Below, in pieces: positions 42,201-50,514 of a DNA stretch of 64,000 nucleotides (positions are counted from its first letter, which is position 1; each line of letters starts with the position of its first letter). The position numbers and the translations under genes were made by a program. Under the pieces are notes generated by a model. The model was not told the DNA's origin. It worked only from the letters and a program-made list of their open reading frames with translations, and did no database searches. This DNA is from an uncultured Isosphaeraceae bacterium (GTDB taxonomy: Bacteria > Planctomycetota > Phycisphaerae > Phycisphaerales > SM1A02), in NCBI GenBank assembly GCA_964575335.1, contig CAZNPU010000010.1:1174-65173 (forward strand), read 5' to 3'.

Positions 42201-42647
42201 TGTACGTTCAATGAAAATCATGCCGATGAAGGCGGCGCTATATATACAACTTCATTCTACGATGGCGCTGTGACGATCACGGGATCGAAGTTCAAGAACA
42301 ACACAGCCGACACGCAGGGCGGAGCGATCTATGTGTATCCCACGGGGAATGAATCAGATGCCGTCGTCGCCGACACGCTGTTCTGCGGCAATTTGCCGGA
42401 ACATATCGCTGGCCTGTGGCTCGATAACGGCGGCAATGAATTTCACGATGCCTGCTCGGTGAGTGCGGACATCACCGGCGACGGGTTGGTGAATATCGAT
42501 GATCTGCTTGCGGTGATTGCGAGTTGGGGGCCATGCCCCGCAATGCCTGACGAATGTCCAGCCGACATCGCACCGGTATCAACCAATGGCGATGGCATGG
42601 TGAACGTGGACGACCTGCTTGCGGTCCTCGCCAATTGGGGTGGGTAA
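39285..42647 (+). CDS. Large secreted right-handed beta-helix protein with Pmp-like FxxN/GGA(I/L/V) repeats and a C-terminal dockerin-like repeat pair
   Basis: The ATG at 39285 has GGGAGG 8 nt upstream, and a signal-like N-terminus follows. Two cap motifs occur (IHVPKDYATIQAAIDAAMPGDEIVIAPGTYNE and IHVPNDLSSIQQAVLEVADGGEVIVGPGVYNV). More than 20 F-x-x-N...GGA(I/L/V) rungs are present. The end has DITGDGLVNIDDLLAVIASWG and STNGDGMVNVDDLLAVLANWG. Confidence 0.8.
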   Translation: MMMNQTAVSAAVAVCAQWAANRAAGVAAAVMMLIAAAGAVHAETIHVPKDYATIQAAIDAAMPGDEIVIAPGTYNEAIDLLGKPIALIGSGGAEQTIIDGRGLDSTVVTIVNVPQPGARLEDLTITGVNNTLIIFTGSVYVSSSVVKLTRCIVRENVAAYGTAGIRVGAGSDIEMRYCIVEGNTSINGYGGMTSSNSNVLIDACEFRANVASIEHQHSVVFLAAYNGESVYVNDTLFESNAGITTIEVYGGTESNPIRFEACTIRGNRGMQGVGMYVSGNAYTDIIACQFEDNWSDSGPPVYQSGAGIAVRSSSTPGLLRIEDCEFRNNRAASGAAVIVFGNIVKFSNCLFEDNVSDPGIGAAITVTGSNNAYAAFSHCRFEGNHSQRGGAAAGYRGTLEFQQCEFIDNTAEFNGGAIYGYGQSNIHADQCIFESNQSLQGGALYFTDQSSATLTACSFVNNGAAAQGGAAYHHSDAGTLAYDNCSFIDNEAGSDGGAVASTSTQAAFEHCNFSGNTAVVGGGMANGFNAAATLVNCKFIDNLADLGGGLANEFGGVATLVDCTFESNAAIYGGGIYNDFADIDIDQCAFRFNVADGGYGSAIGKQSGTISIGNSQFCGNLPPGTQITGSYDDVGGNMLMGYCTRPLVIHVPNDLSSIQQAVLEVADGGEVIVGPGVYNVPIAIPARGITLRSSHGPAMTVLNGGGFEDSIITCAEASRSDRGTPAVTRIEGFTFINGKGKPNPLATDGGAIFALSDLEVADCVFQFNTATSEGGAIDSHANLKVINCMFEHNAASHRGGAIYSHANLEVIDCVLGHNTASGEGGAIYSQANLEVVNCVFERNTGGFGGGAIRLHEAAGALTVKETTFMLNEASTGGAIHGGNNDMEITVTDCVFTENSAANAGALYISGGTVERCEFIANTTESAGGAIRATVGLGSFLTLNDCVLSGNTAGDRGGAISFLVLNPQVSVNNCTFNENHADEGGAIYTTSFYDGAVTITGSKFKNNTADTQGGAIYVYPTGNESDAVVADTLFCGNLPEHIAGLWLDNGGNEFHDACSVSADITGDGLVNIDDLLAVIASWGPCPAMPDECPADIAPVSTNGDGMVNVDDLLAVLANWGG
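41604..41828 (+). repeat. Three consecutive in-frame 75-nt (25-codon) tandem units inside the beta-helix gene
   Basis: The three units are GGAIDSHANLKVINCMFEHNAASHR / GGAIYSHANLEVIDCVLGHNTASGE / GGAIYSQANLEVVNCVFERNTGGFG. They are clearly similar at the nucleotide level over the first ~50 nt of each unit. Confidence 0.7.
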
Positions 42648-42674
42648 GGGAAGGCGACTGACGCATGCAGCGAT

Positions 42675-42710
42675 CAGCCCCGGGTCAAATGACCCGGGGC
42701 TGTTTGTTTG
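42675..42710 (+). terminator. Rho-independent terminator after the beta-helix gene
   Basis: A perfect 12-bp stem CAGCCCCGGGTC / GACCCGGGGCTG with loop AAAT, followed by TTTGTTTG. Confidence 0.8.
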
Positions 42711-42754
42711 TATGTAGGAGTGTGTCATGCGTCGTGATGATGTGCGACATCGCA

Positions 42755-43873
42755 TCACATCACCTTCAACGGATCGGCATCGCGTTTGGAGATGCTGATG
42801 ACAGCGTTCGGGAGCAGTTCGCCTAATCGCTTGCGCAGCACCTTGAGATAGCCGCGTTCAGTATTGGTATGGCCAGCGAGCACGACGGTGCAGCCGCGTG
42901 CCTGTGCGGCCAGCACATCGTGATGGCGCAGTTCGCCGGTGAGGAATAACTGACAGCCCTGTGCAAGTGCGTCGTTGAGCAGTGAGCCGCCTGCTCCAGC
43001 GCACAGGCCGATTTTTTCATACCGCTGCGGCGCTTCGCGTCCGGCAGCCACATACACATAGCGCACGCCGAGCTGCTGCTTGATGCGTTCGATGAGCGTG
43101 CGCAGGCTGACGGGTTGATCGAGCATGACCCGTCGTCCTTCGCCGATGTTGCGAAGCGGCCGCGGCTGCAGTTCATAGATTTCCATGGGCGGCTCTTCGT
43201 AGGGGTGAAACTCGCGCAGCGCCATGATGGCCAGGGCGAGCGCGGATTTCGGGCAGACCATTTCCAGCCGCACTTCGTTCACGCGTTCCAGCGAGCCGCG
43301 TTCGCCGACCACCGGGTCGGTTCCTTCGCCACCGAGGAACGTGCCGGTGCCGGGAATCTCAAACGAACACAGTTGATACGCGCCGATGCGCCCCGCGCCG
43401 GCGGCTGCCAGGCCGTTGCGAATCTGATCGGCTGCATCGGGCGGGCAGAAGGTGACGATTTTGCATTCTTCGGTTTCCGGCAGCGCGCCGTGCGACACCA
43501 GCGCCCGCACATCACCTTCGCCCAGCCCCTGGGCAAGCCAGTCGTTTATGCCGCCGGGAGCTGCGTCCAGCGCGGTATGAGGGCTGTATACGCCCAGGCC
43601 GGCCCGCGCTGCAGTGAGCACGATGCGCTGTTTGAGCGTGGCATCGGTGAGCGATTTCATCGGTTCGAAGATCGGCGGGTGATACGACACGATCGCTTCA
43701 ATACCGTTTTGGATCGCCTCAGCGAGCACGTCTTCGGTCAGATCGATCGTGAGCAGAATCTTGTTGGCGGGCCACTCGGGAGAGCCGATGAGCAGGCCGA
43801 CGTTGTCCCATTCCGCAGCGAATTCCAGCGGGGCGATGGTGTGCAGGGCTTCGGTGAGATCGTTGAGATTCAT
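42755..43873 (-). CDS. Nif3-family dinuclear-metal-centre protein (GTP cyclohydrolase 1 type 2 homologue)
   Basis: The ATG at 43873 gives MNLNDLTEALHTIAPLEFAAEWDNVGLLIG...SYHPPIF...GHTNTE, a Nif3/YqfO-type pattern with an inserted domain. Confidence 0.9.
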   Translation of the reverse strand: MNLNDLTEALHTIAPLEFAAEWDNVGLLIGSPEWPANKILLTIDLTEDVLAEAIQNGIEAIVSYHPPIFEPMKSLTDATLKQRIVLTAARAGLGVYSPHTALDAAPGGINDWLAQGLGEGDVRALVSHGALPETEECKIVTFCPPDAADQIRNGLAAAGAGRIGAYQLCSFEIPGTGTFLGGEGTDPVVGERGSLERVNEVRLEMVCPKSALALAIMALREFHPYEEPPMEIYELQPRPLRNIGEGRRVMLDQPVSLRTLIERIKQQLGVRYVYVAAGREAPQRYEKIGLCAGAGGSLLNDALAQGCQLFLTGELRHHDVLAAQARGCTVVLAGHTNTERGYLKVLRKRLGELLPNAVISISKRDADPLKVM

Positions 43874-44487
43874 GATTAATGGGATGAAGGCGTTGAAAAA
43901 AGATCGTTGAGGGCGACTGCCGCAATGACGTTCAGGCAGCAGGTGCGTTTCGGCCTGCAAGGTGCAGCGCCAATGCTGCGCCATGTCACAAGGCATGGTT
44001 GAGGCCGGTGCATCCGCCTGCACACTGTAGCGCAAATTGACGAATAATGCGCCGGGACGGGCAGATAGCTGCGAGCAATACCCGCCGCCACGATACATGA
44101 CAGGCCAGCCGCCTCCGCTCCGCCTCTCTCCAGCGCAGCGTAGCGTGACGAAGCAGCCCGGAGCGGCACAAGCCGGCGCGTATTGGCGCGACGGTATCGG
44201 GCGAGCCGATGCGGTGCATGTTTACGCCTTTACACCGCCAGTGTGATCCTCAGCACAGCCAGCGAAGCGATCGGCCAAGAGTTATTGACAATCGACATGC
44301 GATGATATGGCTCTTCAGCCGGCCAAGTTGGGGCATCGGTCAGTCAGAATGAATGTAAGCATCCCGTTCGTTGACCTGCAATTATTGTGAATAGATCCCG
44401 GCTGGACGAAGGAGCACGGCAGAAACCGCCGATAAACCCTGCAGACGGCTGCACCGTTGCGGTACATATTGCTGATGACACCCGCCT

Positions 44488-45996
44488 ATGATTGAGTGCG
44501 ATCAATTCCCCAACATGGGCGGAGGATGCACGCCCCGCATGACCGGAGTACCCACCTTGACAAGCACCGCGAGCAACGGCCCCATCACGTCACACGCCGC
44601 TTCCGGAGCCGAGTCGCGCCTTTCCAGTCCGCGAAAAACATTCGTCCTCGACACCAATGTGCTGCTGCACAACCCTAATGCCATCTACATGTTCCAGGAA
44701 CACGAGGTGGTCATTCCCCTTGTGGTGATCGAAGAGCTTGATCGTTTTAAGAAAAACAATGATGACACCGGCCGCAATGCCCGGCAGGTGATTCGGGAAA
44801 TCGACAAACTGCGCAACGTCGGCCGGCTGTTCGAGGGCGTGCCGCTGAACGACATGGGCGGCACCCTTCGTGTCGATCGATGCGACCAGTCGCTGCCGTA
44901 CATGGACATCGATATAGTCGACAACCGCATTCTAGCGGTGGCGCTGTCGCTGCACAGTCAGGGCAAGAAGACGATCTTCATTTCCAAGGACATCAACGCG
45001 CGGGTCAAAGGCGATGCGCTGGGCGTGGCGGTGGAGGATTTCGAAGCCGATCGCGTCGATACCGACTGGCTGTACACCGGGCAGGCTGAGGTCGCTGTGC
45101 CGAGTGAATTGATTGATGATCTGTACAACGAGCGGCAGTTGCTGCTGGAGCGTGTGCAGCCGTACATGACAGCGGAGCGTGAAGACGGCGAGAAGCTGGC
45201 CGTTTCGCTTTTTACGAATCAGTTTCTGCTGCTGCGCGACGACTCCGATGAGTCGCACACAGGTCTGGCGCGTGTGCTCGCGGATACGGGGCATCTGATT
45301 CCCGTCGCCGGACCGCGGCGGCCGATCTTCGGCATCATGGCTCGCAACGTGCAGCAGACCATGGCGATGGATTTGCTGCTGGACGATGAGATTCGTCTGG
45401 TGACGCTGCTTGGCACGGCTGGCACGGGGAAAACGCTGCTCGCTCTGGCTGCGGGCATGCACAAGGTGTATAAGGATGAGCGTTACGACAAACTGCTGGT
45501 GGCCCGGCCCATCATGCCGCTGGGGCGCGACATCGGTTACCTGCCCGGCTCAAAAGATGAAAAGCTGGAAATGTGGATGCAGCCGATTTTCGACAATCTG
45601 GCGTATCTGCTCTCCACACGCGGCAGTCATCTGGATCATGCCGAAAGTCACACGACCGAGCAGCGCATCAAGCAGCTTGTAGCCGGCGGCAAACTGGTGC
45701 TGGAAGCGCTGACCTACATTCGAGGCCGATCCATTCCCCATCAGTTCATGATCGTGGATGAGGTGCAGAACCTGACGCCGCATGAAGTCAAAACCATCAT
45801 CAGCCGCGTCGGCGACGGCACGAAGATCGTGCTCACCGGCGACATCAATCAGATCGACAACCCGTATCTGGACGCGTCATCCAACGGCTTGAGCCACGTC
45901 ATCGAGCGCATGAAGGGGCAGGCCATGGCAGGACACGTGACGTTGACGAAAACCGAACGAAGCAGTCTCGCCAGCCTCGCAGCGGAAATTCTGTAA
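44488..45996 (+). CDS. PIN-domain + PhoH-like ATPase fusion (PhoH2/YlaK type)
   Basis: The PIN segment is FVLDTNVLLHNPNAIY...VVIPLVVIEELDRFKK. The PhoH P-loop is GTAGTGKTLLALAA, with ...IVDEVQNLTPHE... The start is uncertain (44488, 44515 or 44539). Confidence 0.85.
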   Translation: MIECDQFPNMGGGCTPRMTGVPTLTSTASNGPITSHAASGAESRLSSPRKTFVLDTNVLLHNPNAIYMFQEHEVVIPLVVIEELDRFKKNNDDTGRNARQVIREIDKLRNVGRLFEGVPLNDMGGTLRVDRCDQSLPYMDIDIVDNRILAVALSLHSQGKKTIFISKDINARVKGDALGVAVEDFEADRVDTDWLYTGQAEVAVPSELIDDLYNERQLLLERVQPYMTAEREDGEKLAVSLFTNQFLLLRDDSDESHTGLARVLADTGHLIPVAGPRRPIFGIMARNVQQTMAMDLLLDDEIRLVTLLGTAGTGKTLLALAAGMHKVYKDERYDKLLVARPIMPLGRDIGYLPGSKDEKLEMWMQPIFDNLAYLLSTRGSHLDHAESHTTEQRIKQLVAGGKLVLEALTYIRGRSIPHQFMIVDEVQNLTPHEVKTIISRVGDGTKIVLTGDINQIDNPYLDASSNGLSHVIERMKGQAMAGHVTLTKTERSSLASLAAEIL

Positions 45997-46349
45997 CACG
46001 TATACCTCAATAGTCGTTGGCTTGAGCCAGCATATTGCATTGCCATGACACCACTCGCTGCGCATGGCAGGCGATAGAGGATGAGTTTTCGTTTGGTGAA
46101 TCAGCTGTGGCCGCGCTGATGACGCACAATGCGTTTTTGATCTGGTAAGGGAGCGTCAAGGTAAGGGCTTGCTGAATCGTGATCCGTCACGAAGAGCCCA
46201 GCATGTTGACATTACAGCGGGGGACGAATTGCCGCCAGAAAGGATGTTGCGGCTGAGATTGTCAAGCTATACTGGCGGGCAGCCGATTTTTTGGGAAGCG
46301 ATCGGCGTATGAACCCGCAAGTTACCCCAAGCAGGTGGGAGGTCAGCGT

Positions 46350-47180
46350 ATGTGGCAGTCATCAAATCCGGTTCTCGTGAACAACGACGCCTTTGAACAG
46401 TATTACGGCCGGAACGGGATCAACGTGAACGAGCAGGCGAACGTGACCACGCTACAGGGCGTGGTGAACAAAACCGCGATTCTGATCACCGTAGCGGTGG
46501 CAGCAGGCATGCTGGGGTACTGGCTGTTGCGTCAGTTCCCCGCCACGCCGGTGATTCTCATCAGCTGCATCGCCTCGATGGTGGTCTGCTTCGGCGTCGG
46601 GCTGGTGCTGAGTCGTAAGCCGCAGCTTGCGGTGACGCTTGCGCCGGTATACGCCATGGTCGAAGGGGTGTTTCTCGGCGCGCTCAGTTCCGCGCTGGAC
46701 CTCTGGCTTGAGGGTTTGAAGATCGCAGCGCTGGGCGGGGTCGCGCTGCAGGCGTTCATCATCACCATCAGCATTGTGCTGGCTATGCTCGCGCTGTACT
46801 CGGCTCGCGTTCTTCAGCCGACGCGGATGTTCGTGTCGATGGTGAAAGTGGCCACACTGGGCATCATGATCACGTATGCGCTGACCTGGGTTGCGTATCT
46901 GCTGTTCAATACCGACTTGCCTTTCATCGGTCTGTCCAGCGCATTTGGCAGCGGATGGACGCCGCTGATCGGTTTGGGCATCAACGTGTTAATCCTCGGC
47001 GTCGCGTCGATGTGGCTGATCATCGATTTCAAGATGATTGAAGACAACATCAGCGCAGCTGCGCCAAAGTACATGGAGTGGTACTGCGGCTTTGCGCTGC
47101 TGGTCACGATCGCGTGGATTTATTACGAAGCGTTGAAGCTTGTATTCCGCCTGGCGATTCTGCTGAGCAATCGCGAATGA
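46350..47180 (+). CDS. Bax-inhibitor-1/YccA-like multi-pass membrane protein
   Basis: The ATG at 46350 has GGGAGG 7 nt upstream. MWQSSNPVL... is an N-terminus typical of the BaxI_1 family, followed by about 7 hydrophobic helices. Confidence 0.6.
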   Translation: MWQSSNPVLVNNDAFEQYYGRNGINVNEQANVTTLQGVVNKTAILITVAVAAGMLGYWLLRQFPATPVILISCIASMVVCFGVGLVLSRKPQLAVTLAPVYAMVEGVFLGALSSALDLWLEGLKIAALGGVALQAFIITISIVLAMLALYSARVLQPTRMFVSMVKVATLGIMITYALTWVAYLLFNTDLPFIGLSSAFGSGWTPLIGLGINVLILGVASMWLIIDFKMIEDNISAAAPKYMEWYCGFALLVTIAWIYYEALKLVFRLAILLSNRE

Positions 47181-47247
47181 TGCCTGACGCGCCGGGGAAG
47201 CGTTGGGCGTTCAAGCTTCAACACTACTGTTATTGAAGTTCGGTTTT

Positions 47248-48444
47248 CTACCCGATCTCAACGTGCTCGACGATTTCCAGCCCGAAGCCGTGCAGGCCCG
47301 GGTAAGGCTGGGGGTTGTTGGTGAGCAGCCGCAGGCGGGTGAGGCCGAGATCGCGAAGAATTTGACCGCCGATGCCGATCTCGCGCTGGTCCAGCGGCAC
47401 GGCTCGCCCCGCAACGCCGTCGGCCCGCGTAAGGTCCGGAGCGTTGATGTTTTCGCCTTGCGATGGCCGGCGAATCCGTTGCAGGCGTGCGCGAAGGTCG
47501 TCGCCGATGCCTTCCGGGCGCACGTACACCAGTGCGCCCCGGCCGGCGTCCTGAATCATCTGCAGCGATTTGCGCAGCCGCTTGCCGGTGGGATTGGTGG
47601 CTTCTTCAAAAATGTCGCCCAGCAGATCGCGGCGGTGCACACGCACCAGCACCGGTTCATCCACAGCCTTGGCCATGCCGGTTGACGGATCGATTTCACC
47701 GATGCCGCCGGTGGTGAATACCAGGTGGGGCAGGGGATCGATCGCGCTTTGATAGGCGATGAGATTGAACCGGCCGCAGGATGTGTCAATCGGCGTGCCC
47801 TCGATCGGCGCGATGCGTTCGATGAGCGTTTCCCGCGCCAGGCGATATTCGATGATCTGCTCAACGGAACACATCTTGAGGTTGTACTGGGCACAGATGC
47901 GTTCGAGGTCGGGCATGCGCGCCATTTCGCCATCTTCTTTGACCACCTCGATAATGACCGCGCTGGGGTGCAGCCCGGCCAGGCGAGCCAAATCGATGCT
48001 GCCTTCGGTCTGGCCGGTGCGCACCAGCACCCCGCCGTCGCGGGCGCGAAGGGGGTTGATATGGCCAGGACGCACAAAGTCATCGGCGGTAGTGGCGGGG
48101 TCGATCAGCAGTTGGATCGTCTTGACGCGGTCGGGGGCCGACACGCCGGTGCCGACGCCGTGCTTGGGATGGCCATCCACACTGACGGTGAGCGGCGTGC
48201 CCCACATGCTGTTGTTGCTGGTCGATTGGGGTTGGAGGTCCAAACGGTCGCAGTCGGCTCGGGTGAGCGACACGCAAAGGTATCCGCCGCCGACGCGGGT
48301 CATGAAGTTGATGATTTCAGGCGTGACCTTCTCCGCAGCGCAGACAAAGTCGCCTTCGTTTTCGCGGTTTTCATCATCCACGAGCACGACGACCTTACCG
48401 GCTCGAAGCTCGTCAAGAATCTCTGGAATGGGTGATAGTGGCAT
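47248..48444 (-). CDS. ribB: 3,4-dihydroxy-2-butanone-4-phosphate synthase fused to a degenerate GTP cyclohydrolase II-like domain (RibBX-type)
   Basis: The ATG at 48444 gives MPLSPIPEILDELRAGKVVVLVDDENRENEGDFVCAAE (RibB). The C-terminal half aligns to RibA (..RLRLLTNNP..) but reads VHRRDLLGD / TNPTG where RibA has VHSECLTGD / RCDCG. Confidence 0.85.
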   Translation of the reverse strand: MPLSPIPEILDELRAGKVVVLVDDENRENEGDFVCAAEKVTPEIINFMTRVGGGYLCVSLTRADCDRLDLQPQSTSNNSMWGTPLTVSVDGHPKHGVGTGVSAPDRVKTIQLLIDPATTADDFVRPGHINPLRARDGGVLVRTGQTEGSIDLARLAGLHPSAVIIEVVKEDGEMARMPDLERICAQYNLKMCSVEQIIEYRLARETLIERIAPIEGTPIDTSCGRFNLIAYQSAIDPLPHLVFTTGGIGEIDPSTGMAKAVDEPVLVRVHRRDLLGDIFEEATNPTGKRLRKSLQMIQDAGRGALVYVRPEGIGDDLRARLQRIRRPSQGENINAPDLTRADGVAGRAVPLDQREIGIGGQILRDLGLTRLRLLTNNPQPYPGLHGFGLEIVEHVEIG

Positions 48445-48524
48445 GGGGATAGTGTAGGACAGATCCCCGTCTTGCTTCCTGCTGTCTGCGGTCTTCACGT
48501 GCGCGGTGTCGGCGTCGTTGGCAA

Positions 48525-49760
48525 GTGCGACTACCATGGTGGGCTATGGCAACCAAGGCGCATTCACAACGAACCGTTCATGAAGAGTGGCTTCGAGAAG
48601 TGACCGCTCTTCCCACCGCAGCAGGGCGCGAGCAGCGTGTCATTGCGTGGGTGAAAAACTGGGTCAGAAAACGCCGCAATCTGCAGCTTCGCGAAGATCG
48701 GGCGGGAAACCTGATCATCACCCGGCTGGCGAAGACCGGCCGCCGGAAATCCTCGCCCGCGCCGCTTTTTATCACAGCCCATCTCGATCATCCGGCGTTC
48801 GTCGTGCGCAGCATGCTCAACGACCGCGAGGTCGAGTTGGAATTCCGCGGTGGCGTCAACGATCCGTACTTTGACAATGCCGAGATCGAAATCTTCGATC
48901 AGCATGATCGCGTTCATCGTGCGAGCATTGACGCTCTGGATTCACGCGCCAAGCCGTTCAAACGTGTCATCGCGCGCCTTGACTCGTCTGCCGATTCGCT
49001 CATGCCCGGCGATGTCGGGCGGTGGGTGTTTGAAGGCGGCGGCGAACTGCCGCGCGTTGAGAATGGCTTGCTTTACACGCATGCCTGCGATGATCTGGCG
49101 GCAGTGGCCGCAGCGTTGGCTACGCTCGATGTGCTGCGCAACCGCAAGGGCATGGAGCACGTGGGCGTGCTGCTGACGCGGGCCGAGGAGATCGGCTTTG
49201 TCGGAGCGATCGCTGCATGCAAACACAAGAGCGTTCCCAAGTCATCTCGCCTGATCTGTCTGGAGAATTCTCGCAGCTTTGCCGAGTCGCCGATCGGCGG
49301 CGGCCCCATTGTGCGCGTGGGCGACAAGATGAGCGTCTTCGAGCCGACGCTCACAAATCGCATCAGCCTGCTGCTGATGGAGCATCAGAAGTCGCACCCG
49401 GAATTCAAATGGCAGCGCAAACTCATGCCCGGCGGCACGTGCGAGGCTACCGCGTTCAGCACCTTCGGGTATCAGTCGACCTGTCTGTGTCTGCCGCTTG
49501 GCAACTATCACAACATGACAGACATTGACGGCGTGGCTGGCGGCAAGCGGCCGGCGAAGGTGGGGCCGGAATTCATCAGCGTGGATGATTACCACGGCCT
49601 GATCGAGATGCTGATCGTGTGCGCACGGCTGCTTGATTCAGCAAAAACACCATCGCTGAAGGATCGCATGGACAACCTGTTGCGCAATCATGCCTTTGTG
49701 CTGGCCGATGAGGCTGTCGTGTCAGGAGCGCGAAAGCGATCGCCTGCTCGTCGACGATAG
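48525..49760 (+). CDS. M42/M20-type metallopeptidase-like hydrolase
   Basis: ITAHLDHPAF, ACDDLAAVAA and TRAEEIGFVGA resemble the His/Asp/Glu-Glu metal-ligand contexts of M42 aminopeptidases. The start may be 48546 (MATKAH). Confidence 0.55.
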   Translation: MRLPWWAMATKAHSQRTVHEEWLREVTALPTAAGREQRVIAWVKNWVRKRRNLQLREDRAGNLIITRLAKTGRRKSSPAPLFITAHLDHPAFVVRSMLNDREVELEFRGGVNDPYFDNAEIEIFDQHDRVHRASIDALDSRAKPFKRVIARLDSSADSLMPGDVGRWVFEGGGELPRVENGLLYTHACDDLAAVAAALATLDVLRNRKGMEHVGVLLTRAEEIGFVGAIAACKHKSVPKSSRLICLENSRSFAESPIGGGPIVRVGDKMSVFEPTLTNRISLLLMEHQKSHPEFKWQRKLMPGGTCEATAFSTFGYQSTCLCLPLGNYHNMTDIDGVAGGKRPAKVGPEFISVDDYHGLIEMLIVCARLLDSAKTPSLKDRMDNLLRNHAFVLADEAVVSGARKRSPARRR

Positions 49761-49858
49761 GACTGGCGTCCGCCGGAAAACATCGTGTTGTTCTGCAAGG
49801 AAACCGCTACGATCAAGCGTGCGAAAAAACGACTCGTACATCGAAGGAAAAAGACACC

Positions 49859-50374
49859 ATGCCTGCCACCACCAGCCCCGCGACTGAATATTTTGCCCAC
49901 TGTCTGAATATCACGCTTAGTTATGCTGAGCGGGTGTTGGATGGCATTCCCGCTGACACCTTCGCTCACATGCCGCATCCTGGGATGAACCATCCAGCAT
50001 TCTGCATCGGGCATCTTTCACTGTATCCCGCCCGTATTCTGACCATGCTTGGGCGGCCGGAGCTCGCGGTGGAAAAGCCGGGCTGGCCTGAACTGTTCCA
50101 GGCCGGCGTGGCGTGCGTTGAACAGGACGGTCGATATCCCGGCAAGGATGAACTGGTTGCTCATTACTTTGAAGGCTATCGCACGGTTGGCGAGATTCTT
50201 CCCGAAGTAACAGAGCAAACGCTGCAACAGCCCAACCCGATAGAAGGTCGACTGAAAACGTTGCTGCCCACCGTCGGCGCGATGGTGAACTTCATGCTGA
50301 ACAATCACCAGATGGTACATTTGGGTCAGATCAGCGCCTGGCGTCGCGCGATGGGTATGGGTTCAGCAATGTAA
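49859..50374 (+). CDS. DinB-superfamily protein
   Basis: 171 aa with a four-helix pattern. It has the conserved His contexts (FAHMP..NHPAFCIGH..., ...NHQMVHLGQI) of DinB_2-like proteins. Confidence 0.75.
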   Translation: MPATTSPATEYFAHCLNITLSYAERVLDGIPADTFAHMPHPGMNHPAFCIGHLSLYPARILTMLGRPELAVEKPGWPELFQAGVACVEQDGRYPGKDELVAHYFEGYRTVGEILPEVTEQTLQQPNPIEGRLKTLLPTVGAMVNFMLNNHQMVHLGQISAWRRAMGMGSAM

Positions 50375-50514
50375 GTCCGGGCGGAAAAACATACACAATC
50401 GCAAGGTAAAGAGATCGTTTCGTTTACAGTTTTGCAGCCCGCATGCTCGCTCAAAGCCCATCATGAACGGCGTACGGTGAGAAACTCACGTCAAACTTCT
50501 GCGATAAACCTTCC

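Noticed and set aside
46200-46290. Sigma-70-like promoter elements (TTGACA at 46206; TATACT at about 46270) upstream of the BaxI-like gene
   Set aside because: The -35 and -10 candidates do not pair with proper 16-18 nt spacing, and promoter consensus for this lineage is unknown. The support is too weak to report as a feature.
48445-48524. Possible FMN riboswitch upstream of the ribB fusion gene
   Set aside because: The divergent intergenic space is only ~80-100 nt, and I cannot find the conserved FMN-element core (such as GGGCGGGGCGAAATTCCCCACCGGCGG-type segments).
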